A stretch of DNA of 64,000 nucleotides from Polymyxa betae A26-41 (GCA_003693705.1 RBZT01000435.1:62001-126000); one strand, 5' to 3'. Counted from the stretch's first letter, positions 45,805 to 57,855 are shown. Notes: a model not told the origin generated them from the sequence alone. Numbers and translations are program-made.

Positions 45805-47445
45805 ATGCAGATGCCATTACCACGTCATATTGACCTAAAGGCGATGCACGCTAAGATACGGTCGAAGGTGCTGTCGCGCTTGCCCCAGACCGAAGGCCAT
45901 GTGGCTCTGTTACAAGGCGGATGTAATGCATTCCAATACGATACCGGTATGTGGAAGATATCAAGAGAAGTTTATGAATACGCTTTTGATTAGATCATGA
46001 GCATTTATTTCGGCAAGAAAGCCATTTTTATTACCTTTTTGGAGTCAATGAACCAAATCTACTTGGCTTATTGGACCTGGCGAATCGGCGATCATGTCTA
46101 TTTATTCCTCGACTTAATCTGGAGCATGAGTTATGGTGTGGTAAAGTAAAGTCTTGTGAGCAATATTCAGAAGAATACGGTATCGAGCAAGTCAAATACG
46201 TCGATGAACTGGAAAGTGAGCTTAAACGTATTGGAGCCACTACTGTACATATCCTACAAGGTGTCAATCACGATAGGTGAGCTAGAAATATGAAAACCTG
46301 GGTGAGAGAACCAACCAAGTCTGTTATAGTGGCATTGCAATCGAAGCTCCTGATTTCGAAGGAATCAACCAGTTTCAAGTTGATGGCAGTTTGCTATGGC
46401 ATGTCATGTGTGAAAGCCGGGTGATCAAAACTGAAAGAGAGCTGGCTTTAATGAGATTCGTGAATGAAATTAGCTCTAGAGCTCACGTTCATGTAATGCA
46501 AAAATGTCATCCTGGATTGTACGAGTTTCAGCTCGAGTCTGAATTTATTCATTTCACGTCTTACCATGGAGGAAGTCGTTATCAGGTAAACCCGCATTAC
46601 AGTTCATAGAATGTCGGTTTATCGTCGCATTAGGCATATACTTGCATATGTGGGACTGGGCCCAATGGAGCTGTCCTACATTATGGACATGCTGGAGCTC
46701 CAAACAGTCGCCGTTTTGCTAATGGTGATATGTGCCTACTGGATATGGGCGCTGAGCTTTATTGCTACGCCTCTGATATCACATGCTCATTCCCTGCAAA
46801 TGGTCAGGCTTGATGTGGGTAGTTTATTTTCATTGGTGACATTCGGGTTCAGGGCGCTTTACCCAAAAGCAGCGTGACGTGTATGAAATTGTGCTGGAAG
46901 CGCAGAAGGCAGTGCAGGCAGCTATAAGACCCGGAATTGAGTGGGCCGATATGCATCTATTGGCAATGAGAGTCATCGGTAAAGGACTTCTTGAGAAAGG
47001 GTTCGTTTACGGAAAGGACGTCGATGAAATCATGGATCTACATATTCCTGCTTTATTCTTCCCTCATGGACTTGGGCATTTAATTGGTCTCGACACCCAT
47101 GATGTAGGAGGATTCCCAAAAGGTCGCAAGCGTTTCAAAGCGCCCGGATTGTCGAAACTTCGCATGAACCGGATTTTACAAACTGGCATGGTGGTCAGCA
47201 ACGAACCCGGAATTTATTTTATCGAAGCCCTGCTCCGGCCTGCATTGAATGACCCATCCCTATCCGAGCACTTAAACGTTGAGAAAATCCAACAACACAT
47301 GGATTTCGGTGGCGTTCGGCTTGAAGACGATCTGATCGTGACGAATGACGGTTGCGAGAACATGACACGAGTTCCCAGGACTGTCGAAGAAATAGAAGAC
47401 GTTATGTCAGGTGGCGACTTTGCATTCAACAATCCGACTGTTTAA
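45805..47445 (+). CDS. PEPD: Xaa-Pro dipeptidase (prolidase, peptidase M24B)
   Basis: [72 protein letters not shown]. Confidence 0.95.
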
Positions 47446-47895
47446 ATCATGGAATAGTGTTTTTCAGTACAGATGGAAACATTCGAGATGCCTTTTTTAT
47501 TCAGGCCAACTCTCTTCAATGACAGATAGATGGCCGTTTCCCTGCATGCAGTCACAGCATCATATAAAGGCAGTACGACGGTGTTCATTGGGCCTGCGCC
47601 GCCTGAAGGTACGACCCGCTTCGATCCGACGCCCTGAAGCGTCATTTAATAAGTGAGGATCGTTCTTCGGAGCACGATCGAGGTTTTCGACCCCCTGCTC
47701 GAGTTAGGCTGTTTGTTGCCCAGCTGCTGTTAGGTTCGCACTTCTTGCCCTGGCAACCTGCCTACAAGTGCCAACTTGCTAGACCGCGTTCCCCAAGTCG
47801 TCATCAGTAACGATCCGAACTAGGGTGTTGAGATTCCAGGAGCCTCGTTCGACTTCGCTAGTGGCGTGTTCATCGGATTTCGAGCGGTTCGCACT

Positions 47896-49312
47896 ATGAC
47901 GTCATGGCTGGGCGAATGTGTCGCTGTCGGGTTTGTCATGGTGCTCGGGTCGTTGGCCAGTGGAGCAGGCGTTGGAGGTTGGATCTGCATCGCTGCCCAG
48001 GTAGTCGATTGCTGATATGATTAACTCAGGTGGCGCCCTGTATATCCCGCTGTTCATAATCTTGCTATCACCACAGAAGTTAGCGATCCCGTTATCAAAG
48101 GCCTGTGCCTTTGGCGCTAGCGTTGCAATGTATGTTGTCAATTCCAGAAGAAGACGCCCTAAAGCCGATGGGACAGGGCATAAACCGCTTATTGACTACC
48201 GCATGGTAGATTCAGTCGAATTTTCTTTTCTTGGATTTTGAAATTGGCCGCAGGCTGTATTATTGGAGCCTTTCACTTTACTAGGAACGATGTTGGGCGT
48301 CCGTCTGAACAAACTGCTCCCTTTCCCGATCGTTGCCACTATGATGGCCGTCATCATGACCATGATTTCGATGAAGACGTTCCATCGTGCATTCGCCCTA
48401 CATCGGCAAGAGATCGCGATCGCCAAAGCGAACGCCGATGAGGAGACTGAGACGACCTCGAAATGCATCGACGTCGCTGAAGAACCTTCAGACTGCGCTG
48501 AAGCGTCATCTGGTCAATCAGGGCCGCCCCCCAATCAAGACGATCCACAGTTTCCGAAAGTGCCTTTAATCATGATGCTGGTTTACTGGACCTTGGGCGT
48601 GGCACCTTCGATTCTTGTCAGCGGCCAATATGGCCTGGTACGATGTATGTCCACCGGCTATTATGTGATCATGCTGGGCTCAATGATGTTGCTGCTGACC
48701 GTCGCTGGTGTCAATGCCGTCCTCGAGATCCGCCGATCAGCACGGATAGATCAAGCTCTGCTAGCGAAAGATGCCGACAATGTTCATTGGACGTTCAAAT
48801 CGGTCACGTATTTCTCATCGGTTTCGTTCGGCGCTGGCGTCTTCTCGGCATTGGTTGGCGTTGGAGGCTCCAGTATGTTTACCTCGTCGCTCAGCCAAAT
48901 GCTAAATTAACGGGCTTGTGTTAGCTATCAAAGGACCTTTCTTAACCCATATCACGGCGCCTGATATCGCCTCAAGCACGGCCGGTTTCATGCTTCTTTC
49001 AACTTGTTCAGCTTCGATGTTCCAGGTAGAAATCCTTCTGGTGACGCGATTGTGAATCTGATTGTTATACAGTTCATGCTGCTTGATATGCTGGATTTCC
49101 ATTCAGCTGCTGCATTCTTGGTTGCTGGATTTGTTGCCGCTTACTTTGGATCCCGAGTCTGGGCCTATATTGTCAAAGCCTGGGACAAGCGTTCCATCAT
49201 TGTGTTCCTATTAGCATCATATGTATCTCTAGCGACCGTAGCAATGTCGATACTTTCAGTGTATGAAATCTACTATACGCCATCGTTGACCGATGTTGAC
49301 AGTATCTGTTAA
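47896..49312 (+). CDS. TauE/SafE family (sulfite exporter-like) membrane protein
   Basis: ASGAGVG|GGALYIP, AIPLSK, PLIDY, EPFTLLGTMLGV.LN, AGVFSALVGVGG; multiple transmembrane helices. An upstream exon is possible. Confidence 0.88.
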
Positions 49313-49420
49313 TCAATGGCGGTTCCATTACAATCAAAAACGACGCCCTTAATCACGAATTGTTTAATTTATACGCCCATAGATTCCATATGCGCAACGA
49401 ATAAACGACGATTATATTGT

Positions 49421-49744
49421 TTAGACGGTGGTCTCTTTCGCCATGTAGACCTTACTGCCAGCCATCCGCTCCCTCTCTTCTTGCAGGTATCTCAAAATGG
49501 TGTGAGCTGGCAAGTCTTGCGACGATATTCTTGCCTCAGCAAACTGACGTAGTGATATCGAGGTGGGCTTCTCACGAAAGCGTTTCCGAGAGGGTACCGA
49601 GCTGTTCATGACGATCTTGTTCGGTAGAATATATTCGTTGAGAAGGGTTTGAAGCAGAACTAAATCCTTAGTCTGATAGCATCCCTCAGGCCAAAGTTGC
49701 TTCTCAGGCGGTCTATCATCCGGTTCGGAAGCAGCTTGGGACAC
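49421..49744 (-). CDS. Hypothetical protein exon
   Basis: 107-codon open frame with protein-like composition; no ATG start or family identified. Confidence 0.25.
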   Translation of the reverse strand: MSQAASEPDDRPPEKQLWPEGCYQTKDLVLLQTLLNEYILPNKIVMNSSVPSRKRFREKPTSISLRQFAEARISSQDLPAHTILRYLQEERERMAGSKVYMAKETTV

Positions 49745-50907
49745 AATAATCTAACCGATTAATACCATTCGAAATGAAGTATTGCATGACCCTAATAAAG
49801 CAGTTGAGATCATGATGACCGGTCAATATGAACAAAAAACGAAGAGTTTACTTCTGATGTCAAATTATTCCTTAAAAGAATATAAAAAAAAAGTTTGCAA
49901 TTTCAAAATTATTTTGAAGCTCAACAAAACATTTTTTGGCCGATATGAGCAAAGTGAAGGTATATTACCAAGTATGGCAAACGACCGTTGGGTCCAAAGT
50001 CCAATCCATCGCCGCTTAACTTTCAATCTATTCCGCTATCGTCTCCGGTCTTCATAGTCTCCAGTATCGTTGTCATCGCTATCGACGCCCGTGACGTCGC
50101 GCTTTCTTTCATCATCATCAATGGCGCTCGTCGTTGTTGTCGTCGCCCAACACGATCTTCGTAACAGTCGCAGTGTTTTCCTTTTGCAGATCCATCGCAT
50201 TTTACCTGGAGATGTGATTGGCTCTTTGAGAATGTTTCTTAAAGAAATGGTTTATTTGGCGTGCCAAAGCACGTCCCGGTATGTCTGGAGATTTTCTGCA
50301 AGTGATCATGGTACGATATTCTGCGAATAGGTTGGTTGCCTTTCGCGGCGTGTTTCCGTTGCTTTCCCTGCTCTTCGGCTTGCTGAAGGCGGCGTTACTT
50401 GCATGGAAGCGTTAACGTATTATGAGGAAGGAGAAGCTTCCAAAACCGATTGTGGTTTGCAGAAGCCAGATGCCTGCGCCGATGGCTTTCCGTATATATC
50501 CACGTCGCGATTGGCATGGATCTCAAAACGCCTGCCTTTCATTGCCATATCTTTTTCTGGCTGGAAGAACGTCTTTTGATCGCTTTGCGACAAATCATCC
50601 ATGTGAACACAGATGGAAATCATGAAGTTTCGCTGCTTATCTCCGGTACACAATCAGACACACAGATCGAATGGTGCCATATGAATCTGCTTTCATCGAT
50701 TCTGGTGATTTCAAACCCTAACAAGGCGAAGAGGTTCGAAACCGGTAACTGGAGGTTCTGATCTCTATAAATGAAATTAGGCTGTTTTCAGGACGTCTCT
50801 GCATCGCCTGTAGTAACACGAAGCAGAAAAACCCTTTCAAATTCCATCGAAATTAAACCAAAATCCAGATCTCCCTCTCGCCCTCATAATCCTCGTTGTC
50901 GTGCCTC

Positions 50908-50943
50908 GGCCAGAGTTTTTTGAATGGCCAGAGTTTTTTGAAT
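50908..50943. repeat. 18-bp perfect tandem duplication
   Basis: ggccagagttttttgaat occurs twice in tandem. Confidence 0.9.
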
Positions 50944-50963
50944 GGGGAACACACGTTACGGTC

Positions 50964-52046
50964 TCATGTAATTCTTACTCTCGTTTTATTGATTCGCTGA
51001 TCGCTGCAGCTGGGCAATTCTCTAGCAAAATTTCTTAAAGCAACACAATCAGGACAGGCAGCAGAATCGCAGTGAAGTCTAGAGATGGCATCAGCAATAC
51101 GAGCAACATTGTCTTTTGACATTGACTCGATGCGTGATATACAAATTTTGCAAAATTTCGACATCAGTGCAGCATCTTTATCGTTAAAATACCTCAGTGC
51201 CTGCATTACTCGAACGAGACCGATTTCATCGAAAGTTTCGGCAAGGTCGTCAGCACGTTCGATCATGCCGCTCACGAATGGTCGATGACGAATGTTTAAA
51301 CGGGTAGCTGCCCATAAACAAGATCCAATATCAGTAGCATTCATTTCTGCTGTGGCACTTGCTCCAAATAAGCAGAGTGCAGGTAAAGCAGGTTCTGTGC
51401 ATGGGCGCTGTACGACGCCAAGTGCCCATAGAATATTCGAAAATGACAAAGGACATAGTTCAGACGACCGTTGTGTTATCTCGATCGCTGCCGAACTCCA
51501 TAAGACGTCCCAAGAGACACGCATATGGGCGAACCCTCTTAGAACCGACGCCAACGAGACCAGGCTGAGATCACGAAGATGATGAGACGTATGAGCAGTA
51601 ATGTCCTCGATCACTTTGGATCGATGAGTGTCGGGAAGATGTGAAAGCGCCCAAACAATGTTCGGCAGCTCCCGGGGGCCAATTTCGGCGACCTTATTGC
51701 TTAATGCATCCATTAGCCAGCTAGCTGAACCATTCATCTTCCATTGCTTCTTGGCAAGTGTATAAATACTCGTAACAACATTCACTGCATTCAAATCATC
51801 AGGCGATGTCCTCAATGACTGCATCAGCCCGAAGAATTTCCGATTATCGTTAGCACATTCCATGATACGCTTGTTAAGCGCTATGGACGAGTGTTTCGTC
51901 ATGATTGCTTTGGTTGGCATAGTGACCATCCTAGCAGGCAAGGAGGCAGACATGAGATGGGGTGATGGGGTACCCCCGGCCTGAATCGTTATCGAGATTC
52001 GAGACGGCAACGAGCGCGGCCTTCCGCAGTTCGATTCTGCAGTCAT
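50964..52046 (-). CDS. OPR/HPR (FASTK/RAP-associated) helical-repeat RNA-binding protein
   Basis: ~36-38-aa repeats: GPRELPNIVWALSHL, SLVSLASVLRGFAHM, CPLSFSNILWALGVV, NATDIGSCLWAATRL; N-terminal LNKRIM...LNAVNVVT motif. A short upstream exon is possible. Confidence 0.75.
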   Translation of the reverse strand: MTAESNCGRPRSLPSRISITIQAGGTPSPHLMSASLPARMVTMPTKAIMTKHSSIALNKRIMECANDNRKFFGLMQSLRTSPDDLNAVNVVTSIYTLAKKQWKMNGSASWLMDALSNKVAEIGPRELPNIVWALSHLPDTHRSKVIEDITAHTSHHLRDLSLVSLASVLRGFAHMRVSWDVLWSSAAIEITQRSSELCPLSFSNILWALGVVQRPCTEPALPALCLFGASATAEMNATDIGSCLWAATRLNIRHRPFVSGMIERADDLAETFDEIGLVRVMQALRYFNDKDAALMSKFCKICISRIESMSKDNVARIADAISRLHCDSAACPDCVALRNFARELPSCSDQRINKTRVRIT

Positions 52047-52406
52047 CAGCTGACTGAAGGCCAGAGGGGCTTTCCTTTCTTATTCGTTGGTCGCTTTTAT
52101 TAACTGGCTCGGGGCGTCGTCGAAGCAATTCTGGCTGGTTGGGCTTTCGTACCAGGTCGGCAGCCGCCAAGCCAGCTGAACATCCCTGCGAACCACGTGT
52201 TATTACGATCTGAAGGCACCGCGGCATCGGTCCCGCCTGTGACGTCCAGCTCTGAATCGGTGAACGACCCCGATCGCGGTCTCGAACTGTCACCAATTCG
52301 GGCGTCCTTTTTCGGATCGCTCGGATTCCCACATAACAATCGGTAAGCCGGAGAGCGCAGTGGCACCGGTTAAATCATCGTTGACTCGATGATTCGATGA
52401 CTATCG

Positions 52407-54182
52407 ATGCGCATGCTAGACCTGACTTTCGAATGTGTTTGGTATAGGGCGGGTTTGGCGCCGTATTTTGGCCATGTTTTTAGCTTGAGCGCTGTCCTAG
52501 CTTTGGTGCTCGGCGCTTGCTTGTCCTCATTCATGTTTCGCTCGTCATTCTTTGCTTTCCTGCAATACCTACAGCAGACACCTCAAGCTATTTTCAGTTT
52601 TTTCCAGCGGTTTCTAGCCAGAATGAAGCCATCGATCAATGGCGATACAATATCAATGGCACTTCCTTTGGGCATCACCATCACGTTCCATAGAAATCGC
52701 AAGTTGCTCGTTGCTAAAGAAAACACTGCGAATGGCCTAATTGGCACCAAACGCGAAGTCGAACAGAAACCTGCTGAAGAGCAGAGTTCTCAAGTTAATG
52801 GCTTCCCAGTTCCTCAGATTCCGGCTCCACCACCTCCGCCTCCACCACTTCTAGTCCCACCCGCTCCTCCAGCTGCTCCTTCAGCCCCTCCAACTCCTGT
52901 TGCTTTACCTCCAGCTCCATGTGCTCCAGTACCTCTATCGCCGCTTTGTACTGCCAGTACTCCCACAAGAAGGAACACGTTAAAGGTCTTCCATTGGGAG
53001 AAAATCGTTGCAGTAACTGATGAAAACAGTGTCTGGAATATCGAGCCAGGATCTGTGGATTGCGACTTATCAGCTTTGCAACTTGAGGTGCGAATGCATT
53101 TCGAAAAGGAAGAGTTGCGCCGTCCAGGGACTCCACTAAATCGTGGAGAAGATTCGGCTAAGCTTTCTACATTCCTGGACAGTCGCCGTGCACAGAATCT
53201 CGGTATTCTAATGCGGCGTATTGCTTCAAGAACTCTGGCTATCCATCAGCTTTGTAATGCTCTGTGGACAATGAATGTGTACGTCTCTCCATCCTATCCA
53301 CAGTTCTTTTCTTACCTGACATGTTTTTTATAGAGAGGTCCTCCACGGTGACTTGTTAGATACGGTAGGGCTTCGTTTTTGTGTTAAATTTTCAGTTAAA
53401 AAGTCCTCTAGTTGTTACAAGCGGCGCCAACGGACTGTGAAATTGCCTTGATTTCGAAATTAAATCATATTGACAGCTTACGAAAGCAAGAGAAGTTCGT
53501 TGTCCGGATGGCGAGCGTCAAGGATTGCAGACTGCGGCTTCAGCTGCTGCGTTCATGGGAAATACTTCCTCACAGAATCCGTGAGCTGCAAGCTCGCGTA
53601 AACCGTGTTCATGTAGCAGTAGAGGCTATTCGAAAAAGCTCGACACTCCGACGAGCTCTTCACGTCACATTGCACATTGGTAATTACCTGAATCATGGTG
53701 TAAGGCAAGGTCAAGCGGTTGCTTTCACTGTCGAGTCGTTGAATCGTCTGGCGAATACCAAATCTGTTTTGGACAAACGCAAAACGCTTCTCCATCTACT
53801 GCATGACCACGCAAACCTATCCGGCCTTGTTGAAGAATTCTATTGTTTGCGGTCTGCAAAGCACATAGATGCTGACGAGTTGCAATCTGACATCGATGTC
53901 GTCCGGGTTATGTTAAATCCACCTGAATCGAAACCTGGTGGAAAGCCACCAGTTGATGTTATCGATGAATATCCGAAATTTCTTGAGCTGTTTCGTCGTC
54001 GCTTCACACCTCGATTTGAGAGGCTGTGTAGTGCTCATGAACAGCTAAAAGTTGCTGCATGTGATATGAAGAAGTACCTGGGATTGCCTGATCATAAAAA
54101 TGCAACTTGGGGACCTGTTTTCAAGGCACTATGCGAATTTACAGATTTAGTATCAAAACTCACCGACAAGACCTCTTTGTAA
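52407..54182 (+). CDS. Formin (N-terminal hydrophobic segment, FH1, FH2)
   Basis: Poly-Pro FH1; FH2 motifs LKVFHWEKI...SVW, LDSRRAQNLGI, APTD.E, LHIGNYLNHG...AVAF.VESL.RL..TKS, TLLH. Confidence 0.9.
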
Positions 54183-54259
54183 ACCTATATCTATTCATTA
54201 AGTAAGGTCATCCTATAAATGATTCAATCGATTGTAATTTACACAGGGTTTTGGAATCT

Positions 54260-56038
54260 TTAATAATCATCATAGTTTCTATTAGCTTGTGGAAAGTCAC
54301 CGTCCAGATCGACGCTGTCATCGGAATCGGAATTCTCGAACTGATGAGCAATGGCCGAATTCTGCAAATCACTGATGTAGCCACCGCACTGCAGCAGCAG
54401 CTGGCGCTTTCCAGTCGGTCTTTCCTTGTCGTGCATCCAGGCAACCATGGCGTCAACAGACACTAACCGCATCTCATAAAGAGCCTCGAAGATAGCTTTA
54501 CCCGATCTTTTGATGCCAGTTCCATGAGCAAACCAGGCCTCTTGAACCCCGATTAGGACACGGGTTTGGGTCTCGACAGTTGATCCAATATAGCTGAGTA
54601 CATCGCGATGCTCTTCAAGAACACCCTGAGTGAAGACCCCAGAGCAGAGCGATTTCCGGATGATGTATTCGCTGACGACAGCAGCAACATCCACAGGGAC
54701 TTTGCTCTTTCTCGGGAAACGAGATTTCAGTTCGCTCAGCAGCTGATCGCTAGAAGCCGATTTATCACACAGAGCCTTGAGAATCTTGGCAACGTCCTCC
54801 TTCGGGGCGAACTGCTCCAGTCCCATTTCTTTCAACTTGGCGACCACCTCCTCCAGATTCAGGGAAGAGTCGATGCCCAGAGCCTGAACGACAGCAATGT
54901 CGCCGAGAATGTGCTCAATAGCTTCGGTAGAGAGCGTTTTTGTCAGCTGCAACAACGCGACTTGAAGCACACAGGGAAGTTTCTCCTTGGGGATTAACGA
55001 AACTGCAGACGGCAACAAAACGGTTTTTTGAGCGAGACTGAGAGCGATCACATTGCCGAGCACCTCGACAGATTCATCGGTATCCAAAGACACCTGATCT
55101 ATGCAGTCGGCGAGCTCATCAGCAGTCACCCAGGTGCCTTCAACCATCGAAACCTCCAACGCCGAGCGAGTCGGGCCCGTCGATTCCGGTTCATTCTTAA
55201 CAGATCTAGCAGGCGATGGTGTGCGTTCTTCCACGACCGGCGCGGCAGGGATCGGTACCGGCGCCGACACCTTCTTAGGCGGCAAGCTTGGGGTCAGTTT
55301 CACGACCGGCTCGTCTCTAGTCCGAGCTGGGGCCGCATCCGAAGGACGGGCGAACCGACTCAACGGTTCAGGCTCATCAACAGGCCGAGAAAAGCGACTA
55401 GATGGTTCAGGGCGACGATCGGTGTCACGACTGAAGCGCGGCCTCCACGCCTCGGCCGTCGTCGTAGGGCGCTCAATTGGCTTCGCATCATTGAATGGAT
55501 TCGCCTTACTGACCGGCTTGGCGTCGCCGAATGGACTCGCCTTCGATGTCGTTCGCTCCTCGGAGATGGTGGCTTTCGCTGCCATCTGCTGCTCTTGAGC
55601 GGCCGCCAGGCGCTCGGCCGACGGCTTTGCCAGGTTCAGGCGAGGACGGCCAGCGGTGTCAGGCTCCCGATCCCGAGATATTTCGTCACGACGGCCGAAG
55701 TTGCCGCCAAATGAAGACGTCGACGGCCGCGAAGACCTCCACATGCCATCATCCGAGCGTCCGGAGGCGCGATCGTCGCGATGCAAGCTCGCGCTTGCCG
55801 GTTTCGAGGAACGCCATGCATTCGATTCGTCAGCGCGGCTCGGCGCCTCTTCACGCTCTTCCCGGCGTTCGCGACGCTCGCGATCGTACATGGATCGGTA
55901 GGAGTCGCGAGGATGGTCCGAATGGCTACGAGAGCTGGTCGGGAGGTTATCGATGGGATTGCGGGAGACGTCCCCATATTGGGCCTGCATCTCCTGCCAT
56001 GAGAGCTTGACGGCTTTCTTCTTGCCACCACCAACCAT
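54260..56038 (-). CDS. eIF4B-like disordered region fused to eIF4G-type C-terminal MA3/W2 HEAT domains
   Basis: KKKAVKLSWQEM, SRADESNAWR, RPRLNLAKPS, SPFGDAKP and NPFNDAKP (eIF4B-type motifs); C-terminal QTRVLIGVQ...IFEALYEMRLVSVDAMVAW..GKRQLL..YISDLQ with an acidic tail (W2). Intronless. Confidence 0.65.
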   Translation of the reverse strand: MVGGGKKKAVKLSWQEMQAQYGDVSRNPIDNLPTSSRSHSDHPRDSYRSMYDRERRERREEREEAPSRADESNAWRSSKPASASLHRDDRASGRSDDGMWRSSRPSTSSFGGNFGRRDEISRDREPDTAGRPRLNLAKPSAERLAAAQEQQMAAKATISEERTTSKASPFGDAKPVSKANPFNDAKPIERPTTTAEAWRPRFSRDTDRRPEPSSRFSRPVDEPEPLSRFARPSDAAPARTRDEPVVKLTPSLPPKKVSAPVPIPAAPVVEERTPSPARSVKNEPESTGPTRSALEVSMVEGTWVTADELADCIDQVSLDTDESVEVLGNVIALSLAQKTVLLPSAVSLIPKEKLPCVLQVALLQLTKTLSTEAIEHILGDIAVVQALGIDSSLNLEEVVAKLKEMGLEQFAPKEDVAKILKALCDKSASSDQLLSELKSRFPRKSKVPVDVAAVVSEYIIRKSLCSGVFTQGVLEEHRDVLSYIGSTVETQTRVLIGVQEAWFAHGTGIKRSGKAIFEALYEMRLVSVDAMVAWMHDKERPTGKRQLLLQCGGYISDLQNSAIAHQFENSDSDDSVDLDGDFPQANRNYDDY

Positions 56039-56466
56039 GGGCGATGACGAATCAAGACCGAGACGAGACGACAAACTGGGACGAACGATTCGAGATCGTA
56101 GCTGTTGTGGCTAAGTCCGCTGCGCAGTCCGTCGCCTATTGTTAATCATGTTTTCTGGCGAAATCCGCCGACCTTGAATTACGTCGCTATCTTGCCATAA
56201 ATCATCGTCGAAGTTTACTGCTTATTTGGACCACTAATCAAATGTGAAATTGTTTTGTCGTTTTTCTGTGGTATTTACAGGAAACATATTGCAATAAATG
56301 TACCTGCGTTGTGCGAGAAACATTACGCATGAACACCGACAATAATGTTGCTAATGGGACTCGTCGACAGCAGATGCAGATTCTGTAAAAAGGCGAAATC
56401 AGGTTCAATTGGGCTTCTGGAATCTCAGATCAGCAATCCCATTAACTGGTTAAGCATCACGGCGTT

Positions 56467-57729
56467 ATGGGTCGACGAAGGACGCCGGTGTCGACCGAGC
56501 AAGGCCCGACGAAACCGTCAGCGCCACCGGCCATCGTCGGCCTGACGGAATCGTTCGTCCTTCTAACCGAATTCATCCTGCTATCATCGCTGCTGGCGAC
56601 CTGTGTTCGATCGGCTGGATTCGGTTCGGGTCTGGGTGCCATATCGGCCGCCATTCTCTCCCTATTTCTATTACTATCATGGATTCTATATAGAAATTGG
56701 AGCTCCTATCAGATCTCATTTCGAGCCTATTTCCAACTGTAAATCGATTCTCTCCTTGACCATCTCTTTCGCGATGTTTCGAGGTTTCTCAACAGTCATC
56801 TTTCGATTGGCAGCCATCAGTTTATATCTTGCTAATTCGACATCCAGTTTAGGCTTGATCCCATTTCGTATCAGCTCCTGGACGATATCGTTTCTGGCGT
56901 TCCAGCTATGTTCGCATGCCGTTCTGCTCTGGATCCACGACTTCTATGGAAGCCATGCGGTTTCGTGGCGGAATCTGCAGAACGCTCTGGGCGGCCTGGA
57001 TTGGACCCGGGTCGTGGAGCTCGGCTTGGTCGCGCCGATCCGGGAGGAGCTCGTTTTTCGTGGCGTCATGCTGCTGGTCATCCATCGCAGGTGAGATACC
57101 GATGGGGGTTTCGCTCTGTTTCGTCTGAGCTGGTATGCAGGCTGCCTCACGATAAGCTATCAGTAGTTCTAGGACCGAGTATCCTCTTCAGTCTGAGCCA
57201 TTTGGTGAATTTCGGCTCGGCGACCTATTCGTTGCAATATGGTGTGACATTCGTTGATTGAATTGTCGCGTGCAATTGTTGAATTCTCATCGTAGTCTGT
57301 GTGCAGCTCGTCGTTTCGTTGCTGATTTCGATGTTCTATTCTGTCAGGTGCGTTCGTTCGCTGTCAATGTGATCCCACCGCTTTCGTTCTGAATGCTAAC
57401 TTTAGAGTGATTTCTACCGGTTCCTTATGGGACGCCATTTTATTGCATTGTGTCAATAACATATTAGCCTGGTCTGTAGAAGCTCTACTTTATTCGTTCG
57501 CTCCTGCTCATTTCTGCTCAGTTTTGTAAAGCTGAGCCCCGATGTAGACCTGATCATGGAGCCGCTCCTGTTCCTGCCCTTGATCCAAACGATCGTTATC
57601 TTCTCGGTCGTCCTGTTGTCAACATGGACATCTCTCGACGTCGCTTTCGACCATTATACACGCTCTCGGGTGCGCGTCTCTCCAAGCCACGACCTCTACC
57701 AAGACCAGGATCCTGTGACCGCCTCTTAA
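56467..57729 (+). CDS. CPBP family intramembrane glutamic protease (Abi/type II CAAX, RCE1-like)
   Basis: APIREELVFRG (EExxxR), LFSLSH (FxxxH) and GSLWDAILLHCVNN (HxxxN); multiple transmembrane helices. Confidence 0.88.
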
Positions 57730-57855
57730 CTCAGCACATCTGTAAAAACGTCAAATTCGAATTTCTGGTTCGTATTTTGCATGTATCGGGAGCTCGTTTT
57801 AAGCATCAAACATCAATTACTGAATAGCTTAAATTTATTGAGCGCGTTGATGGTT

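Noticed and set aside
6578-57729. Prenylation 'cluster' (FNTA, IDI1, CPBP protease)
   Set aside because: Spread over 50 kb among many unrelated genes, and the CPBP protein is not demonstrably RCE1.
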